From Myxococcales bacterium (GTDB lineage Bacteria > Myxococcota_A > Polyangia > Polyangiales > DASUME01): DNA of 64,000 nucleotides. The stretch lies in contig JASGJH010000001.1 in NCBI GenBank assembly GCA_047601445.1, positions 5,824,001-5,888,000 of the forward strand. The letters are read 5' to 3'. Positions within the stretch are counted from its first letter, which is position 1. Each line of letters opens with the position of its first letter. A program made the translations under genes and the position numbers. The notes under the pieces were generated by a model, which saw only the letters and a list, made by a program, of their open reading frames with translations, did no database searches and was not told the origin of the DNA. This document shows positions 9,907 through 19,792 of this stretch, one piece after another.

Positions 9907-10562
9907 GGCGTGCCTCCGTCGCGCAAATCGCGCGGTGAAGTGCTGCTGCCCCGCGTGAGGGCGCCCAACATCAATTGCTTGAGCACCGCGAGGGCGGGCC
10001 CGGCCACGTTGCCGGCGCCGTAGCTCTCCACCACCAGGCCCTCCATCGAGCACATCAGGAGGTCCACCCAGGCATCGAACTCCGGGATCTCGCGCGCTGC
10101 TTGAGGGAAGAGCCTACGCGCGAGGTCCACCAGCACGCGGCGATGCTGCTGAACCACGGGCATCAGGGCGGCCTGGAGATCCGGGTCGGTGCGCGCGGCG
10201 GTATAGAGCTCGAAGGCGACGGCCAGGCGCGGCCCCGTGAACAGACGCCAGAGCAACTCGAAGGAGACCTCGGCGGTGGCAGCTCCCTGGGGAAGATCCG
10301 CAAAGCTCGTTTGATACCCATGCACGAGGGACGCGAAGAGGTGCTCGACAGCGGCCGATAACAGCTCGGCTTTACTGGGATAATGCTTGAAGAGTGCTCC
10401 CTGTGATACGCCGGCAAGTTTGACGATTTCGGGGGTCGTGGTGCGGGCGTAGCCGAGCTCCGTGAGGCAGGCGAGGGTCGCCTCGAGCAATCGGCGCTGG
10501 GTGTCGTCGCGACGCTCCTGCTGAGTGCGGCGAGGTCGGGGCGGCGTGGAGCGAGCGGACAT
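9894..10562 (-). CDS. TetR/AcrR family regulator
   Basis: RRTQQERR...GYARTTT...AGVSQGALFKHYPSKAEL. Confidence 0.9.
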   Translation of the reverse strand: MSARSTPPRPRRTQQERRDDTQRRLLEATLACLTELGYARTTTPEIVKLAGVSQGALFKHYPSKAELLSAAVEHLFASLVHGYQTSFADLPQGAATAEVSFELLWRLFTGPRLAVAFELYTAARTDPDLQAALMPVVQQHRRVLVDLARRLFPQAAREIPEFDAWVDLLMCSMEGLVVESYGAGNVAGPALAVLKQLMLGALTRGSSTSPRDLRDGGTPWTP

Positions 10563-10589
10563 CCCGCAAACTCTATCCTTCTAATTTAG

Positions 10590-10607
10590 AAAGTGACAAG
10601 TCACTTT
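10590..10607. promoter_or_regulatory. Palindromic operator, probably TetR autoregulation
   Basis: AAAGTGAC-AA-GTCACTTT in an AT-rich patch just upstream of the TetR start. Confidence 0.65.
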
Positions 10608-10907
10608 TTATTATGAACGACGGTGTTCCCGGCTAGGCCTACAGAAACACTTGCGAAAAACTGGATGCTTCAATGGAGTCGTCGATTACATTCCACGGAA
10701 GGTAGGCAAGCTTCCAAGCAAGGGGTGGGTGCGGTGATGCTTGGACGCGCCAAGCGCGTCTCGAGCGGCCTTCGGCGGGCATGTGGCTCGTCGGGAGGAT
10801 CGTCCGAGTGGGGCAGAGAACCCGCCTGGACATCGTACACGCGGACCACAACCCGCTTGGACATCTAGCTCGCGGGCAACGCTCGCATCGACCGGGAGAA
10901 CGCAGAC

Positions 10908-11639
10908 ATGAGGAACGGGATCATCCGCTCGCTATTCGCCCTCGGGCTCACCCTGACTGGCGCATCCGCGCAAGCGCAGGATCCAGAGGCTGGTGAGGTC
11001 TCCACGAGCGAGACCACGACCACCACCGTGACCACCACCAGCGCCGACACGGGCGGCGGCTCCGTGAGCTCGGGCTCCACGGGCGCCCAGGGTCCGCTGC
11101 GTCTCTACGGCGGTCTCCACTTCGGCGGCGGCGGCAACGTCAAGGTGATGCCCGAGGAGGGCGACTCGGACAAGGCGGATCTCGCTGGCCTGATCGGCTT
11201 CCAGCTGGGCGCCGACTACGTGATGCACCAGTACTTCGCCATCGGCGGCGAATTCCGGCTCACCTCCACCGCGGGTGGCGATCGCCCCGACGGCGTGGAT
11301 CGCAGCGACGTGGCGATTCTGCTGGTCGACTTCGACGTGAAGCCGCGTGGTCGCTACCAGTTCGGCAACATTCCCCTCGAGGTCTACGGCACCCTGCCGC
11401 TCGGCTTGAGCATCATCGCTCCCAAGGTCGAAGGCGCTGACACCAAGGTCAATATGAACTTCGGTATCGGTGGCGGCGCGACCTACTTCTTCACCGACAA
11501 GATCGGTGTGAACGCCGAAATGGCCGGCATCTTCCACTGGTACCGTGAGTCGATCGACACGGGGTTCGGCAACGACTTCACCGTGCGCAATCGCCTCGGC
11601 CAGTTCTACATGTTCCTGAACTTCGTGTACGCGCTCTGA
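10908..11639 (+). CDS. Outer-membrane beta-barrel protein
   Basis: Signal peptide (..ASAQA), Thr/Ser linker, amphipathic strands, C-terminus FLNFVYAL. Confidence 0.75.
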   Translation: MRNGIIRSLFALGLTLTGASAQAQDPEAGEVSTSETTTTTVTTTSADTGGGSVSSGSTGAQGPLRLYGGLHFGGGGNVKVMPEEGDSDKADLAGLIGFQLGADYVMHQYFAIGGEFRLTSTAGGDRPDGVDRSDVAILLVDFDVKPRGRYQFGNIPLEVYGTLPLGLSIIAPKVEGADTKVNMNFGIGGGATYFFTDKIGVNAEMAGIFHWYRESIDTGFGNDFTVRNRLGQFYMFLNFVYAL

Positions 11640-11650
11640 GCGCGCTGCGA

Positions 11651-13225
11651 CTAGGCGCTCTGAGTATTGCTCGCGGGCGGATCCGCCCGCTTCGACGCGC
11701 GCTTGTTGCGCGCGCGTGAGCGCCAGAGGGCGACACCGAGGAACGGCACGGCCAGAAAGGCCGGGAAATCCCCGAGCACCTGGTACGGGTAGTTCTGCTC
11801 CAGCAGCGGCAGCGTGGCGCTCAAGTTGCCGCGCTCGTAGACGCCAGTGACCCCGACCACGCGGCCCATGGGGTCGATCATGGCGCTCACGCCGCTGTTG
11901 GTGGAGCGCACCATGGCTCGGTGGTGCTCCACGGAGCGGAACTTGGCGAGCGCGAGGTGCTCCCAGGGCTCGTGGGTGTCGCCGAACCAGGCGTCGTTCG
12001 ACATGTTGACGAAGAGCTGCGGGTTGGCCTCGGCGACCACGCCGCGCACGAAATTGGGCAGGATGTCCTCGTAGCAAATCAGCGCGCTGATGCGGTGGCC
12101 GTCGAGGAGGAGCGGGTGCTTGTGCTGGCCCTGGGCGAAGTTGCCCGAGTTGGGGGACCACTCGTAGAGCACCGGGAAGGTCTCGCCGAAGGGCAGGTAC
12201 TCACCGAAGGCCAACAGGAAGATCTTGTCGTAGCTGCCGACCAGATTGCCCTGCGCATCGGCCAAGAACGCCGTGTTGAACGGGCGCTTCTTGCCCTTGA
12301 ACTCTCGGCGTGTGAGTCCGCCGAATAGCGTGGGCACGCGCACCACGTTGCCGAGCACCTCGCGGCGCACGTTGAGCATGTCCTCGGGGATGTACCAGTT
12401 GAAGGCCGACTCCGGCCACACCAGCAGGTCGAGGTTCACCTCGCGCTGTAGCTGCTTGCTCTGCTCGAGGTGGCGGCGCCAACCTTCCTCGGGATCCTCG
12501 CGCTTCTCGAAGAAACCCATGTTGGTCTGCACCAAGCCCACGGTGATCTTGGGCGCGCTCGCGGCGCGCGCGTCGACCTCGTGGATGCGGTAGGCGCCGT
12601 AGGCCAGCGTGAGAGCCCACAGTCCACCCGCGATGGCGGGCTCACGCAGCGCCAAGTGGTGCTTGCCGGGCTCGCGTCGGGACTCGACCCAGGAGCGGAC
12701 GAACGCGTAGATGCCCGCGTTGGCAAGCGTAAGAAGCGCGCTAACAAGCAGCGGACCGCCGAGGTCGGCCACCTGGATGGCGACCGGCAGGTTGTGCAGG
12801 CTGGCCCCGAAGTAGTGCTCGAAGAGCAGCGGGATGGCCCACTCGGCGAACACCATGGAGGCGACCGCGCTGGAGAGCGCGCCGAAGCCGGCGTGGCGGG
12901 AGCGACGGTAGAGCAACGAAAAGCAGAGTAGGGCGCTCGATTGATAGAGCCAGACGATGGCCGCAAAGAGCACGCACACGGCGAACGGGAAGCCCGAGAA
13001 GTCCTCGAGGGTGTTGACGATCCAGTAGTAGCCACCCACGTTCGTCACGAAGCCGAAGCAAAGGCCGAGCCCGACCAAGTGGCGGTACGGCAGCTCCTCG
13101 CGTGGATCCAGCGCCCACAGCATCGGGACCAGCGCGATGAAGGCGAGCGGCCACAGATCGAAGCCGGCAAAACCCAGGAAGTACAGCGCCCCCGCGAGCG
13201 CGGCCAACACGTAACGAACCGCCAT
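11651..13225 (-). CDS. lnt: Apolipoprotein N-acyltransferase
   Basis: TM region followed by VWPES, YDKIFLLAFGEYLP, ICYED, NDAWF and RSTNSGVS. Real start is probably MAVRYV at 13225. Confidence 0.92.
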   Translation of the reverse strand: MAVRYVLAALAGALYFLGFAGFDLWPLAFIALVPMLWALDPREELPYRHLVGLGLCFGFVTNVGGYYWIVNTLEDFSGFPFAVCVLFAAIVWLYQSSALLCFSLLYRRSRHAGFGALSSAVASMVFAEWAIPLLFEHYFGASLHNLPVAIQVADLGGPLLVSALLTLANAGIYAFVRSWVESRREPGKHHLALREPAIAGGLWALTLAYGAYRIHEVDARAASAPKITVGLVQTNMGFFEKREDPEEGWRRHLEQSKQLQREVNLDLLVWPESAFNWYIPEDMLNVRREVLGNVVRVPTLFGGLTRREFKGKKRPFNTAFLADAQGNLVGSYDKIFLLAFGEYLPFGETFPVLYEWSPNSGNFAQGQHKHPLLLDGHRISALICYEDILPNFVRGVVAEANPQLFVNMSNDAWFGDTHEPWEHLALAKFRSVEHHRAMVRSTNSGVSAMIDPMGRVVGVTGVYERGNLSATLPLLEQNYPYQVLGDFPAFLAVPFLGVALWRSRARNKRASKRADPPASNTQSA

Positions 13226-13293
13226 CGGCGCCCAGCGTAGCAGGGGACGTCCGGCGAATTTGGGAGAACCGCCTGCGGTGGGGTGGGACCCGT

Positions 13294-13363
13294 CCTGCGT
13301 GCTCGTGCTCGTGCTCGAATGCCCTCTCGCTGGCCCGCCAACGGCCGAGCACGAGCACGCAGG
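13294..13363. repeat. Perfect 18-bp inverted repeat built of GTGCTC units (REP-like)
   Basis: CCTGCGTGCTCGTGCTCG (13294-13311) and its reverse complement CGAGCACGAGCACGCAGG (13346-13363). Confidence 0.75.
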
Positions 13364-13423
13364 TGGGCCTTCAGGGGATCGCGTGACCCTCCCCGATCTC
13401 CAAAAAACGCCTAAGCTCGGGGC

Positions 13424-13747
13424 GTGGCTACCACCATCTTTCGCATCCTCGCGCGCGCTGACTGGGAGGCATTTCAGGCGAGCGGCAGCTTTCGGGGCAC
13501 GGCCCACGACCTGCGCGACGGATTCATTCACTTCTCCGCCGAGCACCAGGTCGCGGGCACGGCCGCCAAGCACTACGCAGGTCAGGTGGACCTGGTGCTC
13601 CTGCACGTGGACACCCAGCGGCTCGCCAGCTCGACGCGGGCCGAGCTCAAGTGGGAGGTCTCACGCGGGGGCGACTTGTTTCCCCACCTGTACGGCGAGC
13701 TTCCGCTGGCTGCCGTGGAACGCGCTGAGCCTTTCTCTGTGGCCTGA
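13424..13747 (+). CDS. DUF952 family protein
   Basis: DLRDGFIHFS and LKWEVSRGGDLFPHLYG. Confidence 0.9.
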   Translation: MATTIFRILARADWEAFQASGSFRGTAHDLRDGFIHFSAEHQVAGTAAKHYAGQVDLVLLHVDTQRLASSTRAELKWEVSRGGDLFPHLYGELPLAAVERAEPFSVA

Positions 13748-13771
13748 GGCGGCGTCCTCGCGACGGCGGAA

Positions 13772-14317
13772 TCAACGCTGGTCCTCGTCGCGCATCATTC
13801 GAAAGAAGTCGGTCGGGCCGGGGTCGATGCCGGACTGCATCATGAGCGTGGTCACTTGGCCCCGATGGTGGGTCTCGTGGTTGAGGAGCTGGGTCAGTGC
13901 CCACCAGCGCGGGCACGAGCCCGTCATGCCGCCGCTCATGAGCCTATAGGTGATCACGTCCGATAGGGAGCGCTCCTCGAGTTGGTTCACGTAGGTGAGC
14001 AGGTCCGCGTCGGTGACGGCGCGCTCCCGGGTGAGATCGCGAAAGTCCGCGTAGAGCTCCTGTCCGAGTGAGGTCACCGCGATGGCTTCACCTTGGGCGT
14101 CTCGAGATTGGAAGCGCTCGGGATCACCGGTGAGGCGCCCCAGCCAGGCTCGGTCGCCCAGCAGAATGTGATTGAGCGTGCCGTGGATGGAGCCGAAGAA
14201 GGCTCCGCGGTCGCGCTTGCGCTCCTCGTCTTCGAGCTTGGCGAGCAAGCCGTAGACTCGGTCATTCATCCACAGGTTGTAGCGGGCGAGCGCGCGGTAT
14301 TGCTCGAGCCAGGACAT
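13772..14317 (-). CDS. DinB family protein
   Basis: YNLWMN, FFGSIHGTLNHIL and NHETHHRGQ; GGAG RBS before ATG 14317. Confidence 0.9.
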   Translation of the reverse strand: MSWLEQYRALARYNLWMNDRVYGLLAKLEDEERKRDRGAFFGSIHGTLNHILLGDRAWLGRLTGDPERFQSRDAQGEAIAVTSLGQELYADFRDLTRERAVTDADLLTYVNQLEERSLSDVITYRLMSGGMTGSCPRWWALTQLLNHETHHRGQVTTLMMQSGIDPGPTDFFRMMRDEDQR

Positions 14318-14528
14318 GGTGGGATCTCCTTCGGGCGTTGCCAACGGACGCGGCGAGCTTAGGTCGGGTTCCCCCTGCGGGGCATTACGGGTCACCCGTG
14401 ATGGGCGCGGGCGCCCTGGGCCCCAGCCGGGCCAGCCGTGAGAGCAAACCTGAGACATGCGAGTGGCCTGTCAGCGCCTTTCCAAGTAAGGATGCCCGGC
14501 TAGACTCGTCCGGTTTTTTGAGGAGTTC

Positions 14529-17048
14529 ATGCTGGATCGCTTTCTCGCTGGCGTGATTCGCTTGGTGCGCGAACGCCGCCTGCTGCTCGTCGGGCTGGTC
14601 GTGCTGCTGACCGTGGTGTCGGCGGTGTCGCTGCGCTGGCTGGAGGCAGATCCGTCGCCGCGTGCTCTGTTGGCCTCGGCCGACACGGATCAGGAACAGA
14701 TCTCGAACGAGTTCCGTACGCGCTTCGGCAGCACGGACAACATGCTCGCGATCCTGATTGAAGCGCCCAAGGACGTGATCACGCCGTCGCCGCTCGGGTA
14801 CATGTACGCGCTCGGGGAGGCGGTCTCCAAGATGCCGCACATCGAGCGGGTGGAGAGCTTGGCGCGCACGCCCTTCCCACAGACGGGACCGAATCCCAAG
14901 GACGACGAGCTCAGCCTGGAGGCGCTCGAGGAGTCGCCGGATCCGCTCAAGGATGATCCTAACCTCACCCTGGCGCTGTCGGACGTGGTGGCTTCGGCTC
15001 CCGAGCTGTTCCCGTTGGGGCTCGCCTCGCTGAGCGAGCGCGCGGCGGGCATGCGCAACCTGGCGCCGCTCATCACCAGCGACAAGCCCGACCAGGCTCA
15101 GGCCGACGCGCTCAAGGCGGCGGTCGAGAAGATGCCCATCTTGCGGGGGCGTTTGATCAGCAAGGATGGCCGTTTGGCGTTGGTGGCGGTGGCCATCGAC
15201 GATGCGCTCACCAGCCACAACGACTTGAGCAAGGCGCTCAAGAACGTGACCGATTGGATCGCCGCGCATCCGGCGCCGTCCGAGCTCAAGGTCCAGGTCA
15301 CGGGCTTGCCCGTGGTGCGCACGAGCATCGTGGAGAGCATGCGCCGCGATCAGCGGTTGCTCACGCCGGCCACCCTGGTCGTGAGCCTGATCATGTTGCT
15401 GTTCGCGTTCCGCTGGTGGCCGGGCGTGCTCTTTCCGCTGCTCAAGGTGGGTCTGACGTCGCTCTGGGTGCTGGGTGGGATGGCGCTGTGCAGCATCAAG
15501 CTCAACGTCATCAACAATATCCTGCCCGCGTTGTTGATCATCATGGGCCTCAGCGACGCCATTCACCTGGTGGCGCGCTATCTGCACGAGACCGGCCGCT
15601 CGCGCGACTCCAAGCGCGCCATGAGCACCACCATCGCGGCCATCGGCCACGCCTGCTTCGGCACGGCGAGCACCACGGCAGCCGGCTTGTTCGCGCTGTG
15701 GGTCTCGAAGACGCGCATGCTGGCGGAGTTCGGCATCGTGGGCGGCATCGGCGTGATGGTCTCCTACCTGGATACGGTGGTCTTTCTGCCGGCCATGCTG
15801 CAGAGCTTCACGCCGCCCGCGCACCTCCTGCAGGAGCAGGAAAAGAAGGAGCAGCGCCCGAGCCCGCTCGACGCGATCCTCTCGCAGGTGACGCTCAAGA
15901 TCCTGCGTCAGCCCAAGGTCGTGTTGGCGATCTCCATCCTCCTCACGCTGGGCTCCGCCATTACGGCGCGCGAGTTGCGAGTAGACAGCGCGCTCCTGGA
16001 TCAGTTCGAGAAGGACGATCCGATGTACAAGAGCACGCGGTTGCTCGAGCAGAACTTCGAGGGTGTGCGTCCTTTGGAGGTCAGCCTCTCGAGTACGGAG
16101 CCGGGCCGCTTCCTGGATCCGGACACGCTCAAGCAGCTGGCCACGGTGACGACCTGGTTGAACGAGCGCCCCGAGGTGTTGAGCGCCACCGACCCGTCCA
16201 TGCCCTTCGTGCAGGTCTGGTCTGCCTTCACCGGCACCCAGGCCAGCGTGGGCGATGCCTTGCGCACCAAGCCCGAGCTCGCGGGTCTCACCTACGTGCT
16301 CGGCAAGCGCACGCCCAACCCGCTGGCCGCGCTGCTCTCGAGCGATGGCAGCCACGCGCGCCTGCGCATCCGTCTGCGCGACGACGGCTCGCGGGCCACG
16401 CTCAAGCTGATCGACCAGCTCGATTCGCAGCTCAAAAAGGCCTTCGCCAAGCAGCCCGACGTGACCTACGCGTTCACCGGCGACGCCTACTTGAGCTCGC
16501 ACGGTCTCGACGCGGTGGTGACGGATTTGACGGGCAGCCTGGGTGTGGCGGTGGCCACCATCTTGGTGCTCGTGTTCTTCTCCTTCCGGAGTTGGCGCTA
16601 CGCGCTGCTGTTGATCCCGCCGAACGTGATCCCGATGGTGTTGGTCATGGCCTGGATGGTGTGGCGCAACATCCCCTTGAACGCGGCCACGGCCATCATC
16701 TTCTCGGTGAGCATCGGCATCACGGTGGACGCAGGCATTCATCTGCTCGCGCGGCTTCGGGAGGAGCTCGGCGAGCGCATCCTGTTGACGACAGCCATCA
16801 TGCGCAGCGTGCGCGGTACTGGCAGTGCCATCGTGCTCGCGTGCACCACGCTGGTGCTGGGGTTCGCGGCGCTCTTGCTGAGTAACTTCGTGCCCGTGCA
16901 GCGCTTCGCGGAGTTGATCGCCGTCAGCATCGCGAGCTGCATCCTCTCCACGCTGCTGGTGTTGCCGGCGGTGTTGCAGGTGGCGGGTCGTCGCTTCGTG
17001 AGCCCCGAAGGCACGGCGGTGAGTCCCCTCGTGAGCAAGGGGCACTGA
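14529..17048 (+). CDS. MMPL/RND family transporter
   Basis: Two repeats of periplasmic loop plus TM bundle with GLSDAIH and GITVDAGIH. Confidence 0.85.
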   Translation: MLDRFLAGVIRLVRERRLLLVGLVVLLTVVSAVSLRWLEADPSPRALLASADTDQEQISNEFRTRFGSTDNMLAILIEAPKDVITPSPLGYMYALGEAVSKMPHIERVESLARTPFPQTGPNPKDDELSLEALEESPDPLKDDPNLTLALSDVVASAPELFPLGLASLSERAAGMRNLAPLITSDKPDQAQADALKAAVEKMPILRGRLISKDGRLALVAVAIDDALTSHNDLSKALKNVTDWIAAHPAPSELKVQVTGLPVVRTSIVESMRRDQRLLTPATLVVSLIMLLFAFRWWPGVLFPLLKVGLTSLWVLGGMALCSIKLNVINNILPALLIIMGLSDAIHLVARYLHETGRSRDSKRAMSTTIAAIGHACFGTASTTAAGLFALWVSKTRMLAEFGIVGGIGVMVSYLDTVVFLPAMLQSFTPPAHLLQEQEKKEQRPSPLDAILSQVTLKILRQPKVVLAISILLTLGSAITARELRVDSALLDQFEKDDPMYKSTRLLEQNFEGVRPLEVSLSSTEPGRFLDPDTLKQLATVTTWLNERPEVLSATDPSMPFVQVWSAFTGTQASVGDALRTKPELAGLTYVLGKRTPNPLAALLSSDGSHARLRIRLRDDGSRATLKLIDQLDSQLKKAFAKQPDVTYAFTGDAYLSSHGLDAVVTDLTGSLGVAVATILVLVFFSFRSWRYALLLIPPNVIPMVLVMAWMVWRNIPLNAATAIIFSVSIGITVDAGIHLLARLREELGERILLTTAIMRSVRGTGSAIVLACTTLVLGFAALLLSNFVPVQRFAELIAVSIASCILSTLLVLPAVLQVAGRRFVSPEGTAVSPLVSKGH

Positions 17049-18241
17049 TGAGGTTGCCCGGGCGCAGTTGGCGTGGACTCGGGCTCGTTTGTTGGGTGCT
17101 CTCGATCACGCAGGTCGCCTGCTCGCGCGAGGCCAAGCCGGCGCCGGCGATCAGCGCGCAAGACGGGGCTGCTGCGGCGCCCAAGTCGAGCTCGGGCGCA
17201 TCGTTCGTGGATGCTTCAGTTTCGGTGCGAGATGCTGGAGCGGCGGAGGTGGCCGGACAGCCGCCGGCGCAGGTGCCGCTGGTGCGCGAGCGCCGGGAGC
17301 TGATGAGCACCATCTACGAAATCAGCGTGGTGAGCTCCGACGATTCGCGCGCGCGCGAAACCATCGAGCGCGCCCTGACCGACATTGCACGCCTGGAGCG
17401 TGAGCTTTCCGAGTGGATCCCAGAAAGCGACATCTCGCGCATCAACGCGGCGGCCGGGAAGACCAAGGTGCAGGTAGGGCCGGACACATTGGCCAACGTG
17501 CAGGCGGCGCTCGACGCGGCCAAGCGCACGGGAGGAGCTTTCGATCCCACCTGGGCTGCCCTGCGACCGTTCTATCTCTTTCAGCCCGGCGAGAAGAAGG
17601 TCCCCGATGTGGCCGCGGTGCGCAAACAGAAGCACCTGGTGAACTACCGCGACGTGGTGGTCGACGCAGCGGGCAGTACGGTCTTTTTGAAGCGCAAGGG
17701 CATGGCGCTGGGGCTCGGTGGTATCGCCAAGGGATGGGCCGTGGATCGCGCGTCTGCCATCCTAATCGAGGCGGGCTTCCCGAATCACATGGTGTTCGCG
17801 GGCGGTCAGGTGCTCGTGCGAGGGCTCAAGGGCGACCGCAAGTGGCGCGTGGGCATCCAGCATCCACGTATGGCGGGCTATATCGGGTTCATCGAGCTCA
17901 CGGACGCCTCCATTGCCACCGCAGGCGACTACGAGCACAGCTTCATCGCCGATGACGGCACCCACTGGCACCACATCATCGACCCGGAGACCGCGTTGCC
18001 GGCACGCCGGTCCACCTCCGTGACCCTGGTGGCACCGAACGGCCTCATCGCGGATGCGCTCGACACGGGCTGCTTCGTGATGGGACCGGAGAAGTGCCTG
18101 AAGATGCTCGCCGAGTACCCCGAGCCCATCGAGGCGGTTATCATCGATGATCAACTCAAGCTGTTCGCCACGCCGGGCACGCGCGAGAAGATCGTGATGC
18201 GGATGGCGATCGATTCCGAGGGCAGGATCCCCATCCCCTGA
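17048..18241 (+). CDS. apbE: FAD:protein FMN transferase lipoprotein
   Basis: GAFDPT, LGGIAKGWAVD, ATAGDYE, HHIIDPET and ADALDT; lipobox QVAC. TGATG coupling to the MMPL gene. Confidence 0.9.
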   Translation: MRLPGRSWRGLGLVCWVLSITQVACSREAKPAPAISAQDGAAAAPKSSSGASFVDASVSVRDAGAAEVAGQPPAQVPLVRERRELMSTIYEISVVSSDDSRARETIERALTDIARLERELSEWIPESDISRINAAAGKTKVQVGPDTLANVQAALDAAKRTGGAFDPTWAALRPFYLFQPGEKKVPDVAAVRKQKHLVNYRDVVVDAAGSTVFLKRKGMALGLGGIAKGWAVDRASAILIEAGFPNHMVFAGGQVLVRGLKGDRKWRVGIQHPRMAGYIGFIELTDASIATAGDYEHSFIADDGTHWHHIIDPETALPARRSTSVTLVAPNGLIADALDTGCFVMGPEKCLKMLAEYPEPIEAVIIDDQLKLFATPGTREKIVMRMAIDSEGRIPIP

Positions 18242-18383
18242 GAGGACGTTCCCACCACGCCGATCGTCGACTTGGCTTAGTCGTCGGCGTAGCCCTTGCG
18301 TGGACCTTGACGGCGACGGCGGCGTGAACCTGTACGACCCGCGTTGAGACCTGCTGGCAGTGCCGTGGCTGTTTCAACCGCGA

Positions 18384-19724
18384 TCACTGTGCCTTGATAC
18401 TCGGATCCCCGATTCGTCCCGCGAACAAGACCAGGCCGCTCGAGACCTGACGGATCAAGAATGCAAACGGGCGGTTGATGGTGAGCACCGGGACCGGCGC
18501 GGGAAGCGCGCGGGTGCGGATGCCGACGGCGGTGGCCCCAGAGGCTTCGGTGCCCTTTTCGTTTACATCCACGAAGGCGCCGTGCAGCACGTGGCTCACG
18601 TAGAGGTCGCCGGGCTTGCCCGCGATCCCACTTAGGTCCGCCTGGCTGGAGAACAGGGCCTTGATCCCGAGCTCCTTGAGCATGGGGATCAACTCGACCG
18701 AATCGAGCTTGGCAGTGAAGCGGGGCAGCTGCAGCTTGGCCTTGGCCGGCTCGAGCCGCTCGAGGGTTCGGCCGAGCACGTCGGCGTCGAAGGCCTCCTT
18801 GGGCATGCTCTCTCCCCCGGGTAACACGATCACCATGGAGAGCTCGCCGCCCGCGTAGGGCAGCTCAAGCACGGTGGTGTCCTCACCGAGCATGCCGAGC
18901 GCGTAGTCCGCTTGGCGCTCCATGAAGGGCACGGAAACCGCGGGCTTGCCGCTCGGCGTGAAGGGGCCGTCGTGGGTATTCTGAGGATTGAAAGCGTCCT
19001 TCCACACAGCCTGCATGGCCACTGCGCTCACCAGCACGGCGCGCGTGAGCGAGTCGATGCTGCCTGGGCCGAGCAGCCGCTCGAGGCGGCCACCCGTGTG
19101 GGTCGCAATGTCCTGGTTGATGCGCTCGCGGGCCGACTCGGGGCTCTTGGAGAAGGGAACGCTGAAGCTGCTGGCGTGGTAGCCCTCGCGCAGTTCGCGC
19201 GCGAAGGCGGGTGCCACGGACATGGCCTCGTCGGCATAGAAGCCACTCGCCACGTGGAGCGCGTTGCCGGCGCCGGGCGCCGTCGCGAGACGAGCGAGCT
19301 CCTTCGCGAGCAGCAAGCCCTGACCCGGTTTGATCGCCAGGGCCTTCTCCAGCTCGCGCGCCGTTTGTTCGCGCGCCCCCGGCAAGGTCATCTGCAGCGC
19401 CAAGGTGGCGGTGATGGGGGCCAGGACCAGGTTGACGCGGCCGGGCTCCAGATCCCGGAGCATGCGCAGAGCGAGCTGGTTGGCGGCGAGCACCAGACTA
19501 GGAGGTAGGTTCGAGGTGTGCGGCCGCGCGCTGTCTTCCTGCTCGGGTACAGGCGGCTCGGCGACCTCCTCGATGCCTTCCCCCGGAGTCGGCTCGGCGG
19601 GAGGCGCTTCGGGCTCCTCGAGCGCAGGTTTGGGTGCGCTCTTGGGCACATCCCCCGCCGGCTGCTTCGCCGAATTGCACGCCATCGTCAGCACGAGCCA
19701 TGCGGCCCAACGGGAGCTCCCCAC
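18384..19724 (-). CDS. Serpin lipoprotein
   Basis: Hinge VNEKGTEASGAT, NRPFAFLIR, LFAGRI and LELPY; GGAGG before GTG 19724; lipobox TMAC. Confidence 0.88.
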   Translation of the reverse strand: MGSSRWAAWLVLTMACNSAKQPAGDVPKSAPKPALEEPEAPPAEPTPGEGIEEVAEPPVPEQEDSARPHTSNLPPSLVLAANQLALRMLRDLEPGRVNLVLAPITATLALQMTLPGAREQTARELEKALAIKPGQGLLLAKELARLATAPGAGNALHVASGFYADEAMSVAPAFARELREGYHASSFSVPFSKSPESARERINQDIATHTGGRLERLLGPGSIDSLTRAVLVSAVAMQAVWKDAFNPQNTHDGPFTPSGKPAVSVPFMERQADYALGMLGEDTTVLELPYAGGELSMVIVLPGGESMPKEAFDADVLGRTLERLEPAKAKLQLPRFTAKLDSVELIPMLKELGIKALFSSQADLSGIAGKPGDLYVSHVLHGAFVDVNEKGTEASGATAVGIRTRALPAPVPVLTINRPFAFLIRQVSSGLVLFAGRIGDPSIKAQ

Positions 19725-19792
19725 GTACGACCCTCCGGCAGCGCAGTGTGCCACGAGGACGCGCGCTCCGGGGATGCTTCTCGCAACGTGGC

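Noticed and set aside
14385..17045. 886-aa antisense ORF (similarly 37881-40103, 44435-46156, 56867-58372)
   Set aside because: Shadow ORFs opposite well-supported genes; expected from high-GC codon bias, and they carry no motifs.
18262..18335. GTCGTC/GACGGCGAC-rich intergenic segment as a REP or terminator
   Set aside because: Pairing is imperfect and I found no second copy in the window.
18530..18550. SGAT in the serpin next to apbE as a flavinylation site
   Set aside because: It lies in the serpin hinge and lacks the upstream Asp of Dxx[ST]GA[ST]; probably coincidence.
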